DNA of 64,000 nucleotides, the filler included, from Stramenopiles sp. TOSAG23-2 (Eukaryota): NCBI GenBank assembly GCA_900128395.1. It is 9 parts of 9 records of this genome, joined end to end, with 100 filler letters (N's around TTAATTAATTAA, not from the genome) between each part and the next. Parts side by side here need not be neighbours in the genome. Positions count along the whole stretch, not along the records: positions 17,484 to 26,107 come from LT650180.1; positions 26,208 to 34,814 come from LT650181.1; 7 more parts are not named here. One strand, written 5' to 3'. Each line of letters starts with the position of its first letter. Position 1 is the first letter of the stretch. Positions 22,533 through 32,867 of this stretch are shown here, piece after piece. Both the position numbers and the translations under genes were made by a program. The notes under the pieces were generated by a model. It was not told the DNA's origin, made no database searches, and worked only from the letters and a program-made list of their open reading frames with translations.

Positions 22533-24068
22533 ATGGCGACAAGAGAAGACGGTGCACCAATGGACCAACATGAAAGAGCAAAAGGCATTGCACAATCTAT
22601 TTTCGAAGGTACACGTTACCGACAACCTGCTGCATCTCCATATGTCGCTGGGCAACCAATATCGGGAATTTCCAAGATGACTGTCGATTCGCCTGAATTT
22701 TTCGGGGCTTATATTCACAATTTAAATTGTTTATATGAGCAAAGTCCAGGCAATATTCAATTAGCACGAGTAATCTTGCAACCTGATGGGTTTGGATATG
22801 TTAGCCAGGACCGTGTTATGGAATATTGGAGGACGAGTCTTGACATATCTCCAGCGGACTCCAATACAGGGCGTTTTGCTCATAATCCAGCAAAATTTGT
22901 TGAATACTTATACAAATATATGAATTACAATTATGATAATCGCATGGTCTTTATTAAATTTTGTCAATTACTGGGCATTCGATGGAACACGGTATACAAC
23001 ACACCAGAACAGATTGAAAATTTGTGGCGTAGTATGTGTGGCTTCTACAGCACCGGGCCTGGGAAAGATATTGCAAAAGAAGTCGGTGCTAAATATAACA
23101 AGCTAAATAAAGGGGATACTGGGCTTCAAGCCGTTGAAGCAGTATTCCGTCCCTTTCTTGATGCAATAAACGTTGGTTTTGCATATTCAAGCTTAAGTCA
23201 ACTTCATGGTGAAAATTTTAGTGTTATATTTAAGTACATGTACGCTTTCCGTGACTATCCAGGTGTACTATATTGGTCAAGAAAATTAAACAGTATTCTC
23301 GGAACGGCTTTTGGTCCTGGTTGGATTGGGGATGATCCAGCGAGAAATGCTGTATACATTTTCAACCAAATGTTGGGCAGGCTAAGCCAGCGTGAAAACT
23401 TGCCAGCAGCTGTCGCGTTAAAACGATTGGCTTTGAATCCTAATTTGACACAACCGAATCAAAGCACGCCAAAGCTTGTGTTGTTTTATTACCATGCTAT
23501 GTGTGAATGCGCGGAGCATCCAAATTCTGGTTGGCAACAATTGATGGATACAAAATTTGAAGGCATGTTTGAAGCTCTCAACGAGGTACAATGGAATCCA
23601 CGTGTTTTCTTTTGGAAATTTTTCTTGTATCAAATGCTTGATTTAAGAATGACTGGTACTGGCACATCTCCTGAATGGGCTGCATTGCAATTTGACTTTA
23701 TGGTATATTGCTATTCCAAACCAGGAATTTGTGGTGCCAACCTTGAATATTACAAAGATTGCATTAAAGTGGATCCATCGCCGGGACAATTGGCAACATT
23801 TTATGATATGTATTCAGGCGTCATGGCTTACATGAGAAAATTGTCTCCAAATTCATTATTTACACCTGGTAAAGGATTAGCAAGTGTTACACCACGGCCA
23901 ATGATTATTTTAGCCGCTTCAATGCGAGACAATCCAATAGTTCAAGCTGCTATGGATAGATACCAAAAGTTTATGGGTGTAGAAGGAGACAATACTAGCA
24001 AACAAGACGTTGATAAATATGTTGCCAAAATACAAGAAAATTATCTTGCTTCAATGTCAAATCTTTAA
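22533..24068 (+). CDS. Uncharacterised 511-aa helical-repeat protein, paralogue B, ends SNL
   Basis: ATG at 22533 (MATREDG) aligns with MATRADG of paralogue A, so it is preferred over the TTG at 22452. Confidence 0.9.
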   Translation: MATREDGAPMDQHERAKGIAQSIFEGTRYRQPAASPYVAGQPISGISKMTVDSPEFFGAYIHNLNCLYEQSPGNIQLARVILQPDGFGYVSQDRVMEYWRTSLDISPADSNTGRFAHNPAKFVEYLYKYMNYNYDNRMVFIKFCQLLGIRWNTVYNTPEQIENLWRSMCGFYSTGPGKDIAKEVGAKYNKLNKGDTGLQAVEAVFRPFLDAINVGFAYSSLSQLHGENFSVIFKYMYAFRDYPGVLYWSRKLNSILGTAFGPGWIGDDPARNAVYIFNQMLGRLSQRENLPAAVALKRLALNPNLTQPNQSTPKLVLFYYHAMCECAEHPNSGWQQLMDTKFEGMFEALNEVQWNPRVFFWKFFLYQMLDLRMTGTGTSPEWAALQFDFMVYCYSKPGICGANLEYYKDCIKVDPSPGQLATFYDMYSGVMAYMRKLSPNSLFTPGKGLASVTPRPMIILAASMRDNPIVQAAMDRYQKFMGVEGDNTSKQDVDKYVAKIQENYLASMSNL

Positions 24069-24111
24069 AACAAAAGAGAACAAAAACGTTTATGGAGAAT
24101 ATTATATATTG

Positions 24112-24622
24112 TATCAACACCCTACTAGTGGTGTGAGATAGATATTTAAAACTGCCTCTCAGTCATTGTATTCTTTTGAAAAGAGTAGGAATTATCATGA
24201 ATAAAATTAAAAGATATGAATAATTGCGTAAATTAAATTTTATTGAAGGGAAGAGAGAAGATAAAAGAAAAGCTCTAAACACAAATAAGAATAAATTTTT
24301 CAATATGATATTTATAAGAGAGAGTGTTTTTTTTATTATATTAATAAAAAAATATATAAAAAATATTTTCACACTCGCGCTTTATTTTTTATTTAAACAT
24401 ATCTTTTCTATGGATTAATCATATTTGATTATATGCTAACATATATATATAATATATGAGTAAGAGAATATTTTTTATATTATATTTTACCTTCATTGGT
24501 ATTTTCGATTATGAGAATATCAACACACTTGTGTGAGATAGATTATTTCAGTTATTTTATTCTTTTGAAGAGTAGGAATTATCATGAGTACTTTAAAAAT
24601 AAATTATGCGTAAATTAAATTA
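24112..24622 (+). repeat. Two copies of the AT-rich dispersed repeat (24112-24240, 24502-24622)
   Basis: Both contain TATCAACAC..GTGTGAGATAGAT, ATTCTTTTGAA(AA)GAGTAGGAATTATCATGA and TGCGTAAATTAAATT. Confidence 0.85.
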
Positions 24623-24658
24623 TATATTTAATATATATAATATATATATGATATGATA

Positions 24659-25042
24659 TTATATTTCATTTTGTTTGATCAATGTGTACAAGCGAAGAGA
24701 TTGATTACCATCATCTAAAGAAGCTGGAGTTGTGTACGTACAATTATGTGAGTGATTGAAAAAAGTATCAAACATTTCGTCGCGACAAACTGTCAAACAT
24801 TCCCTCATATATTCATCTGGTGAAACTTTTGTTATTTCAAAGGCAGCAACATTCATAGCCATCACACACCCCAACGTAAAGATAAAGAACAAAGCCGATA
24901 CACATATGATTATTTTTATTTTTTTAACATGCCCTTCTGCTTTTTCCGCCCTTTCCTCTGCTTCTATTTGTAGTGATAAAATTTCGAGTAGCGATATTGT
25001 TCCAGAACCGCTCCTTAGATCAAAATTATTAAGATCATGCAT
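24659..25042 (-). CDS. Small protein or gene remnant with degenerate EF-hand-like motif and one TM helix
   Basis: DLRSGSGTISLLEI followed by hydrophobic IIIICVSALFFIFTLGCVMAM; may be a pseudogene. Confidence 0.4.
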   Translation of the reverse strand: MHDLNNFDLRSGSGTISLLEILSLQIEAEERAEKAEGHVKKIKIIICVSALFFIFTLGCVMAMNVAAFEITKVSPDEYMRECLTVCRDEMFDTFFNHSHNCTYTTPASLDDGNQSLRLYTLIKQNEI

Positions 25043-25764
25043 GACCCTTTTGATATGACGAGAAATTTAATTTAACAACTGTGTTTTCTCCCCTCAATTC
25101 AATATGTTTAATATTCACGTCCATTTTTCAATATTTAATTTGGACGGAGACTTCGCAAGTTACATTCAATGCAATCTAAACAGTACAAATTTTTATTGAA
25201 AGTAAAAACGACACATGTATATATACTTGATGGTATTAAAATATTTTGAAAAATGTATAATTGTATTAATTCAAATTTAATCTGGTAATATAGATAAATA
25301 TATACAGAATATAATAGAATTAGAATATACTATACATATAATATATATATGTGACAATAATAATAATAGACTATAGCTATATTTTATATTATAATTTTTT
25401 TTATTTTATTATTTATTTATTATTCCATATATTTTTCTTTCATTTAAAAAATATCCCCAATTTATCTTTTTGTCCTTAAAATAGCAGGTGATTACAATTA
25501 CATATGTACTTAGTACACGACGAAAAAGAACAAAATAAATATCTTTTTTTTCATGCATCACCATCATTTATATTATTATCAGAGATGTGTGTGTACAAGA
25601 TTACGCAGAACAGTATGTACAATTTAACGCGTAACTCTATTTACATTACATGTTACATGTATTATATAAAATGTTCTCTTACTCATATATTATATAAATT
25701 TCTTTTACTCCCGTTCATTAACATCTCAAACCAAAAATGATATTTATAAAGTTTAGTAAATTAT

Positions 25765-26107
25765 TTAATATTCAAAAGATTCTTCCTCTGTCTGTGATTT
25801 ACAGTTAGGTGAAGAAGCTACTCCTTCATAAAGTTGTAAATCACCTTCTTTAATCAATCTAAATGTTTTTGTATCGTCGTTATCCAACTTAACTTTTAAT
25901 TTTCCATCCTTACGTGAGGTCGCCTCAATAACTGTCCCTCTACTTCCTTGTTTAAATGTTGCATTACCTGTTGTATAGTCCTTCGTTAATTGTATTTCGC
26001 GCCCAACAATGCTCATGACATCCTGAGTCTCTTCAATATTCAGAGAGTACATGACAATACACTATTGTATGGTTCTACAACTGCGGTTGCTACTTGTGGG
26101 GATGGGT
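25765..26107 (-). pseudogene. Alpha-tubulin-like fragment out of frame with a 95-aa SH3-barrel-like ORF
   Basis: 26105-26040 translates as [21 protein letters not shown]; ORF 26052-25765 is in another frame. Confidence 0.55.
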
Positions 26108-26207
26108 NNNNNNNNNNNNNNNNNNNNNNNNNNNNNNNNNNNNNNNNNNNNTTAATTAATTAANNNNNNNNNNNNNNNNNNNNNNNNNNNNNNNNNNNNN
26201 NNNNNNN

Positions 26208-26290
26208 AGTTATTGTATTCTTTTGAAGAGTAGGAATTATCATGAGAGTAAATTAAAACAATTAAATTATGAGTAAAATTAAAAATTATA
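26208..26290 (+). repeat. AT-rich dispersed repeat family copy at contig start
   Basis: AGTTATTGTATTCTTTTGAAGAGTAGGAATTATCATGAG. Confidence 0.85.
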
Positions 26291-26487
26291 TATACGAGCA
26301 GTATATTACGTACGTATCATTATTATTATACGCACTGATTGAGTATTGAGCATATTACTTAGCACGGGAAGTAAAATTATCGTAAAACTTCGTAGATTAA
26401 CATCACAGCGCTCTCAAAATTAAGATATTGGCATTGTTTTTTTACCATTTTTTATTGCAAAGTGTGAAAGAATAATTTCCGTGTTTT

Positions 26488-28299
26488 CTATGTGGGAACA
26501 ATCAATGATGATGAAGAAGAAGATACTTTTGGTGGCCATATTAGACTTGCTCGACACGGTAAAATGGTTGTGGGAGCATTCAACCATTCATCAATTGCAT
26601 TAAATGCAGCATCATTACCAGCATAATCCCACGATTCTGTCCAACGTAATGACTTATCATGAATTTCAGTTTTCCAATCCGTTTGATTTGAAATCCACCA
26701 CTTGAAACTTTCCATATTATATTTTGCAACTTCCATCGCAATTTGTTCATAGTTAACAACACTTTTTAAATTTGCATCCAAGTCTGGTATGAGGGCTTGA
26801 AAATTAACATCTTCAATTAAATTTTTCGTTTCATCAGGATCATTTGTCAAATCAAATAATTGATCTTTCACTTGTTTACCAGTTCCCCATCTAATATATT
26901 TCATGAGACATGATGACGATTTTCCATCATTATTGCATGGTACTGGCTGGACAATGAAAAACCATGACATTGCAATATTACATCCATGGAATTGCGAGAT
27001 GACAAAATTAGGTCTATTACCATTGGTTTTATCCTGTTCCATATCCTTATCGTGACCCCCATCATCATCTAACGCTTTCATCATTGGTACTAAAGAATAC
27101 CCGTCAATTTTTGGTATATGTTCCTTTTCCACATTTGCATATTCCATTACAGTTGGAAATATATCAATTAATTGTGTAGGCGCAGTAATAATTTTGTTAC
27201 TTCGTTTATTGATACCATTTCGACCATCATATATAACCATAGGCACAGATGCACTAGCATCATATGGTACCATTTTGTAATGTTGTTGATGTTCCATTTG
27301 TTGATCACCATGATCCGATGTCACTATAAAGACCGTATTATCCCATTGGCCAGCATCTTCCACAGCTTTCATATATTCCCCAACCATTGCATCAAATTCA
27401 CTTATCATAGCATAATATATTCTTCTTATCCTTCGCCTTCGTTCTATTGAATAAAAGGCATCTTTTTCCTCATCGGATGGAATACATCCTTTTAACATGG
27501 AACTTTGTAAATCACATGGATGCAAATCTTCAATTGCAGGCCATTTTGGAACATCAATTTTCAATGGATCTATTTTATCAAAATACTTTTCATTTGTTAC
27601 ATATGGTGGATGAACAATGTTCATACCAGAATATACAAAAAATGGTTTAGTATTTTTTTTCGTATAATCCCGTTCACGTATCCACTCTGTTGTTTTGTGT
27701 GTTACTTCCCAGTCTCCTTTGTGTAATGAAATATTCCCCGGGCCAACAATCCCTTGCGAGCGACATTCATCTGTTTCGTCTCTCCAACCCCCAGTTTTGT
27801 TCATATCATATGGGAATCGAGTATACATGGTCCAACTATTTAATCTGACATTTAACGAATGGCTCCCTGATTTCCAATCATATTTTCCAGATAATAAGGT
27901 ATCATATCCACTTCTATTTAATACTTGATCCATGCGGTTGTTATAGTTGACTGGAAGACCTTCGTAATTGTTCCAACTCCCACCAACTTTGATATTATTA
28001 TGCATATGTGGTATGTGATGAGCATGTCTCCCACTCCAAAATGATGCCCTTGATGGACAACATACAGGAACATTTGAATAATGTGCATGGAATGATGTAC
28101 CACCGATTTTCTCTAACCGTTTAATATTTGGCATAGCTGTTGAATTCAATACACCATTTTGATATCCATCCCTCCAGGTTCTGCCATCTGTTGATTCCAC
28201 TACAAGGAAAATAATATTCGGTCTCTTCTCAGCAGTACAAGAAAAAGCAATACCTAAAAAGACAACGACAATTAGAAATAAATTTGCGATGCTACTCAT
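26488..28299 (-). CDS. ARSK: Secreted/lysosomal sulfatase, arylsulfatase K-like
   Basis: Signal peptide, RPNIIFLVVESTDGR, formylglycine motif CCPSRASFWSG, WNNYEGL, SGSHSLNVRLNSWT, TSDHGD. Confidence 0.85.
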   Translation of the reverse strand: MSSIANLFLIVVVFLGIAFSCTAEKRPNIIFLVVESTDGRTWRDGYQNGVLNSTAMPNIKRLEKIGGTSFHAHYSNVPVCCPSRASFWSGRHAHHIPHMHNNIKVGGSWNNYEGLPVNYNNRMDQVLNRSGYDTLLSGKYDWKSGSHSLNVRLNSWTMYTRFPYDMNKTGGWRDETDECRSQGIVGPGNISLHKGDWEVTHKTTEWIRERDYTKKNTKPFFVYSGMNIVHPPYVTNEKYFDKIDPLKIDVPKWPAIEDLHPCDLQSSMLKGCIPSDEEKDAFYSIERRRRIRRIYYAMISEFDAMVGEYMKAVEDAGQWDNTVFIVTSDHGDQQMEHQQHYKMVPYDASASVPMVIYDGRNGINKRSNKIITAPTQLIDIFPTVMEYANVEKEHIPKIDGYSLVPMMKALDDDGGHDKDMEQDKTNGNRPNFVISQFHGCNIAMSWFFIVQPVPCNNDGKSSSCLMKYIRWGTGKQVKDQLFDLTNDPDETKNLIEDVNFQALIPDLDANLKSVVNYEQIAMEVAKYNMESFKWWISNQTDWKTEIHDKSLRWTESWDYAGNDAAFNAIDEWLNAPTTILPCRASLIWPPKVSSSSSSLIVPT

Positions 28300-28897
28300 T
28301 TTTTACTTTTCTTTTTCTTTCCAAACTTTGTACATGCTTTTGTCTATACATATGTGTATATTTTTTGGTGTTGTAATATTTTTGTATATTAATAAATATA
28401 CCAGATATATATTATATATCTGGTATAATAGCAATACGAGGTATGCCGCTATAATACTAATACGTGTAAATAATAATTTCAGCACAGTACCTGTAACAGG
28501 GAGAGCAACAAATATAAAGTTCGTTATACTTACATGTAATCTAAACAACTGATATCTGCTATCTGGCTAGCTAATCCCATACGCTCCTCGTAATCTCGTA
28601 ATAATACCATAAGGAATAACCACACGACGGCCACAGCAGCTGGACAGTAACAGCTCTTCGTGTGGTAAGAAAAGTGCATTAAGTTCCGGTAGGGGCCGCC
28701 CGGTATAACTATTTGCATATGTGAGAGTGTCTTCGAAAATTTAAAGACGGGATAATATCATATATTCGTAGTGTATTCTAATTTACATTTTACATTATGC
28801 ACGGTAAAAAATATACCGCACGTTCTCTCTCTCTCTCTCACACACACACATATATAATAATGTCGAAAGAAAAAATATTTATACCCCCGTGCCGTGT

Positions 28898-29827
28898 TTA
28901 GTTGATAGAATTTAAAACACTACGACATTTAACTTCATGCTCAAATAATGTTTTAAAAATAGAATCTTCATCCCGTAATTGGACAATACGTTTTGGCACA
29001 ATTCCCGATGCAGGAAATGGTTTGATTGGACTTCCACTTATGGTATCACTATCTTCCTCATCTGCTTGATAACTCATAATATTAATACTGTTATTATCAG
29101 TTGCACAGTGGTTATTATTATTATTATTATTATTATGATTCATTTTAATATATCTATTATTAATATGGTTATAATTATTATTCTTTTGTTGTTTCATTTC
29201 ATTTCTATTATGGTTTTGTTGACGATTAAATAATTTACGATTTACAATTGCACCTGGTACTAAGGCATTATTTGAGGTATTTGGTGCGACATGTCGTAAT
29301 TGCAATATTTGCTTACGATTACTATTCATAGCAGCACCATTATTACCGTTATTATTATCGTTGTTGTTGTTATAATATTGATTCATCCAATTTTTTTCCA
29401 AGTGTGGACTAGGTGGTGGTGGAGATCTGACTTTAATAGCCATTTTGTCCAAACCATTGGCGATGTCACGTATAAATCGTTTATTTTCTAGACGACCACC
29501 GGCTTCTGACCTTGATTTTCGTTTATGACTATTATTACTATTCCTAGTAAGTATAGGCGATGCGGAGGAAAACGATGCACGTATACCATGGCTTGGAAAA
29601 GTTTTGCTAGGTGTAGGATAGTTTGGGAACATGGTTGCTTCAGAGTCATCCATAATAATAGATGATTGGTGACCATAAATATCACTATCATCATTTTTTT
29701 CTTGTTGCATAAAAGAAACCCTTTCCATTTTATTTGGACTTGAACGTGGAGTCGAATTTGATTTTACCATATATTGCCGCCCACTATTACTATTACTATT
29801 ATTATTATTGTTGTATACAAAATTCAT
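28898..29827 (-). CDS. Asn/Ser-rich low-complexity hypothetical protein
   Basis: 309-aa ORF, no recognisable domain. Confidence 0.6.
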   Translation of the reverse strand: MNFVYNNNNNSNSNSGRQYMVKSNSTPRSSPNKMERVSFMQQEKNDDSDIYGHQSSIIMDDSEATMFPNYPTPSKTFPSHGIRASFSSASPILTRNSNNSHKRKSRSEAGGRLENKRFIRDIANGLDKMAIKVRSPPPPSPHLEKNWMNQYYNNNNDNNNGNNGAAMNSNRKQILQLRHVAPNTSNNALVPGAIVNRKLFNRQQNHNRNEMKQQKNNNYNHINNRYIKMNHNNNNNNNNHCATDNNSINIMSYQADEEDSDTISGSPIKPFPASGIVPKRIVQLRDEDSIFKTLFEHEVKCRSVLNSIN

Positions 29828-30585
29828 TTTTGAGACGCAATAATAATAAACTATGACAAACTAAGTTATATAGCCCAAAAACGAAATATTTATATATATA
29901 TATATATATGATTTATTAATATATATGATAATATTATTGAAACAAAAAAAACTCAATAATATCTATAATCTCTCTCTATATATCTCTCTATCTATATATA
30001 TGTGTGTGTATGTATGTATTAAAAGTAAAAATTAATAAATCAAAATCTACTATTATAGTAGTTTATTATAGATAGGCCACCAGTTTCCGAGTGAAATGTC
30101 TTTTACATAATAAAAATGTATATGTTTTGTTGCTTTTCCTTGTAAACTGTGGTTTATTTTATTGTTGAGTGTTTCCTTGTACTAATGCTATGGCATGCTA
30201 ATACCCCCTGGGCAACTTTCTTCAATTTCTGTTGTGCACCTTGTCCGATAAACAAAAAGAATTCTTTTTTTTTTTGGTATAATAATAGTAAATAGTCGCA
30301 TATACTGGAGAGTTATGTATACTACCAAGTATATGTATAAATATTCAGCCATAATAAATATATTAATATATGATATTTTATAATTAGCTAAAATGTTTAT
30401 CAGATAAATTGTGTATTTTCAAAAGTAAAAAAATATTGTATTTTTAAAACAACGATCGTACACCAGATCTACTTTATAAAAGTAACATACCTCTCATACG
30501 AACAAAAATACAACCACAAGAATAAATACCCGTGTCTTATTTTTGATCGTATATATATATATATTATAGAGACTACACATACATG

Positions 30586-32256
30586 CTACATTAAAGTGCA
30601 ACAACCATTATTAAATCCTTGTGTAGGTGCTTTACTACTTTCAAGGTTTTTCCATTCTATCTCAATTTCACAAGATAAACGACTTTCTAATACTTTACCA
30701 TATAATACTATAGGAGCGTTATCAATTTTAATAGTTTGTTTCTTCCCTGTTTGCAAATCTTTCACATATTCCTTTAAATGTAAACAAACACCTCCTAATT
30801 CATCATCCGCATCCAAACTGTCATAATCCCAAAATCCCATAAACAAGACAACATTACTTAGTTCCTCAACAGTTTTGCATCTTGTACTTAACGTCGGTAA
30901 ATCGTGATCATTAAAAGTTGGATTTAGATTGGCAGTTTTGTATGAGCTATTTAACTTTTTCAATTTGTTTTTTGGCATAACTAAAGTGTTTCCTGGATAC
31001 ATCCTAAATTGTAAATATGGATCAGAACTACCACCAATATCAGATGCAGTTAATTTAATTCCATCTACTTTTTTAATATTTAAATGTGCAACGTTTTTTG
31101 TAGTATCCATCTCATACGACGGTGTTTTAACAAAATTTATCTTATAAACACCTCGTATAGGTTTATGGTCACTAGTTGAAACATTTATCAGCGGCTGTAC
31201 TTGTTCTGGCACGACCGTATCATTACCAAAACATGCTTGACTTCGCCAAAGTATACGATCACAATATGATGGGGCACGTTGTTCTTTGTAATCAATCCCT
31301 TTCACACGTTGCACTTTGAACGTTGGCGTATATGTTATAGGCGCTTCCGTAAAGTTATGAAATATTTTCCCAGCCTTTTGTTCCCTTTTCAATTGGTCTG
31401 CTTTAAGCAATTCACCATATTTTTTCCCATCAACTAACTTTTTCACTTCCTCCCAGTGTTTCTTATGACCGTCACCTTTCTTTGGTGGCATCGGTTCGCC
31501 ACGTGCAGTATTTAAATCAACGCGATAATTTAAATCACCCATCCAAAATACATAATCATGTTGAACAAATGCATCCATATCTTTATCTCCTGTGCGTGCC
31601 TCGGCTAATATTTCCCAAATGTTTTCATTTCTTTTACTAAAATGTTTTAAATGAGCAGCAAGGTGAGATGAAATAAAGGCCAATGAATATCCTTTGTAAA
31701 TAAATGAGGTTAAAATACCACCTTTATTTGCCATGATATGTCCAAGACCAGTACATGATGTTGCACTTTCAACATTTGTAATATCTTTTGCAATCGCTTC
31801 TTTTGCAAATACGAACAATCTCATTTCTCCTAAATCGGTACATGCTATTGCTTTAAATCCACATTTTTTTGTATGATTTTCGTACAAATTTTGGAAGTGC
31901 ACCAGGGATTTATTTTCAAATAAGTTGCTAACCTTCGTGCCTATTCCAACTTCTTTAGATTTTTGCTTTTTATATTCCTTCATTTGTTCTGCCTGTTTCT
32001 CTTCAGACAGCGATTCATTTTTAAGCTCAGGCTCTTCTGTCACGTCTTTTAACTCCTCATCTGGTACTGGAGCATACACCGCCTCTTGTGAGCCACACAC
32101 TATTAAATCAACATTTTCTAGCTCTTTTTCTGTTCCAAGTAACATCGGTATTTCAGCAAGTTTTGGCTGTGCATTACCAACATTCCAAGTTAATATTGCT
32201 ACTCTTAAACTTTCACCACCATTAACTGTCACATTAATATTTTCCGTAGAAGTCAT
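30586..32256 (-). CDS. Inositol polyphosphate 5-phosphatase with C2 domain and CaaX box
   Basis: TWNVGN, GSQE, NKGG, FWMGDLNYRV, PSYCDRILW, SDHKPI; C2 motifs SDIGGSSDPY and WDYDSLDADDELG; ends CCTLM. Confidence 0.92.
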   Translation of the reverse strand: MTSTENINVTVNGGESLRVAILTWNVGNAQPKLAEIPMLLGTEKELENVDLIVCGSQEAVYAPVPDEELKDVTEEPELKNESLSEEKQAEQMKEYKKQKSKEVGIGTKVSNLFENKSLVHFQNLYENHTKKCGFKAIACTDLGEMRLFVFAKEAIAKDITNVESATSCTGLGHIMANKGGILTSFIYKGYSLAFISSHLAAHLKHFSKRNENIWEILAEARTGDKDMDAFVQHDYVFWMGDLNYRVDLNTARGEPMPPKKGDGHKKHWEEVKKLVDGKKYGELLKADQLKREQKAGKIFHNFTEAPITYTPTFKVQRVKGIDYKEQRAPSYCDRILWRSQACFGNDTVVPEQVQPLINVSTSDHKPIRGVYKINFVKTPSYEMDTTKNVAHLNIKKVDGIKLTASDIGGSSDPYLQFRMYPGNTLVMPKNKLKKLNSSYKTANLNPTFNDHDLPTLSTRCKTVEELSNVVLFMGFWDYDSLDADDELGGVCLHLKEYVKDLQTGKKQTIKIDNAPIVLYGKVLESRLSCEIEIEWKNLESSKAPTQGFNNGCCTLM

Positions 32257-32867
32257 CCTTTTATTATATGTATATATATATAGATATAATTTTAATTCTT
32301 CTTATGTATCTTTGATGAAAAATTGCTGTATAATATATATCTTAGTTTCTCTATATTGATTGACAATCTTGTACAAAGTACCATATATAGATAAACATAC
32401 CGACATATACACATTAGTTCATGTATTAGTTTATACTATAATACATTAAATATCTATCTATATTATTTTTTTTTTTTTTTTTTTTTTTATAACAACCCGA
32501 TTTTACCTGGTATATATTCATCATTTCATCATAAAACCTCTGCATGTGGTGCGTGGTGCCTGCTGGCCTGCCCAGCCTGCTGCCTGCTGGCCTGTTTAGT
32601 GCTAAAAAAAAAAGTTTACTATTTGCTCTAACTTAGACTATTGTACAGTGGAATTAGTATATAGCATTTTAGTATTTATATTGGATTTTGTGATTTTGTA
32701 TCTATTCCAATAACATGTAAATAGCATTGATACTTTTTATCATATCTCCGAAATTTTAAAATCCGTGTAGAATATGATATATATATGATATAGATCTATG
32801 ATATACTTCGTATCTAATATTATTATACATAGCATACTGAATATTTTAAAAAATACTTTTTATATTT

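Noticed and set aside
28560-28720. TPP riboswitch-like words (ATACC, GAACTT, AGCGTA) on the minus strand
   Set aside because: The essential UGAGA element and correct spacing are missing.
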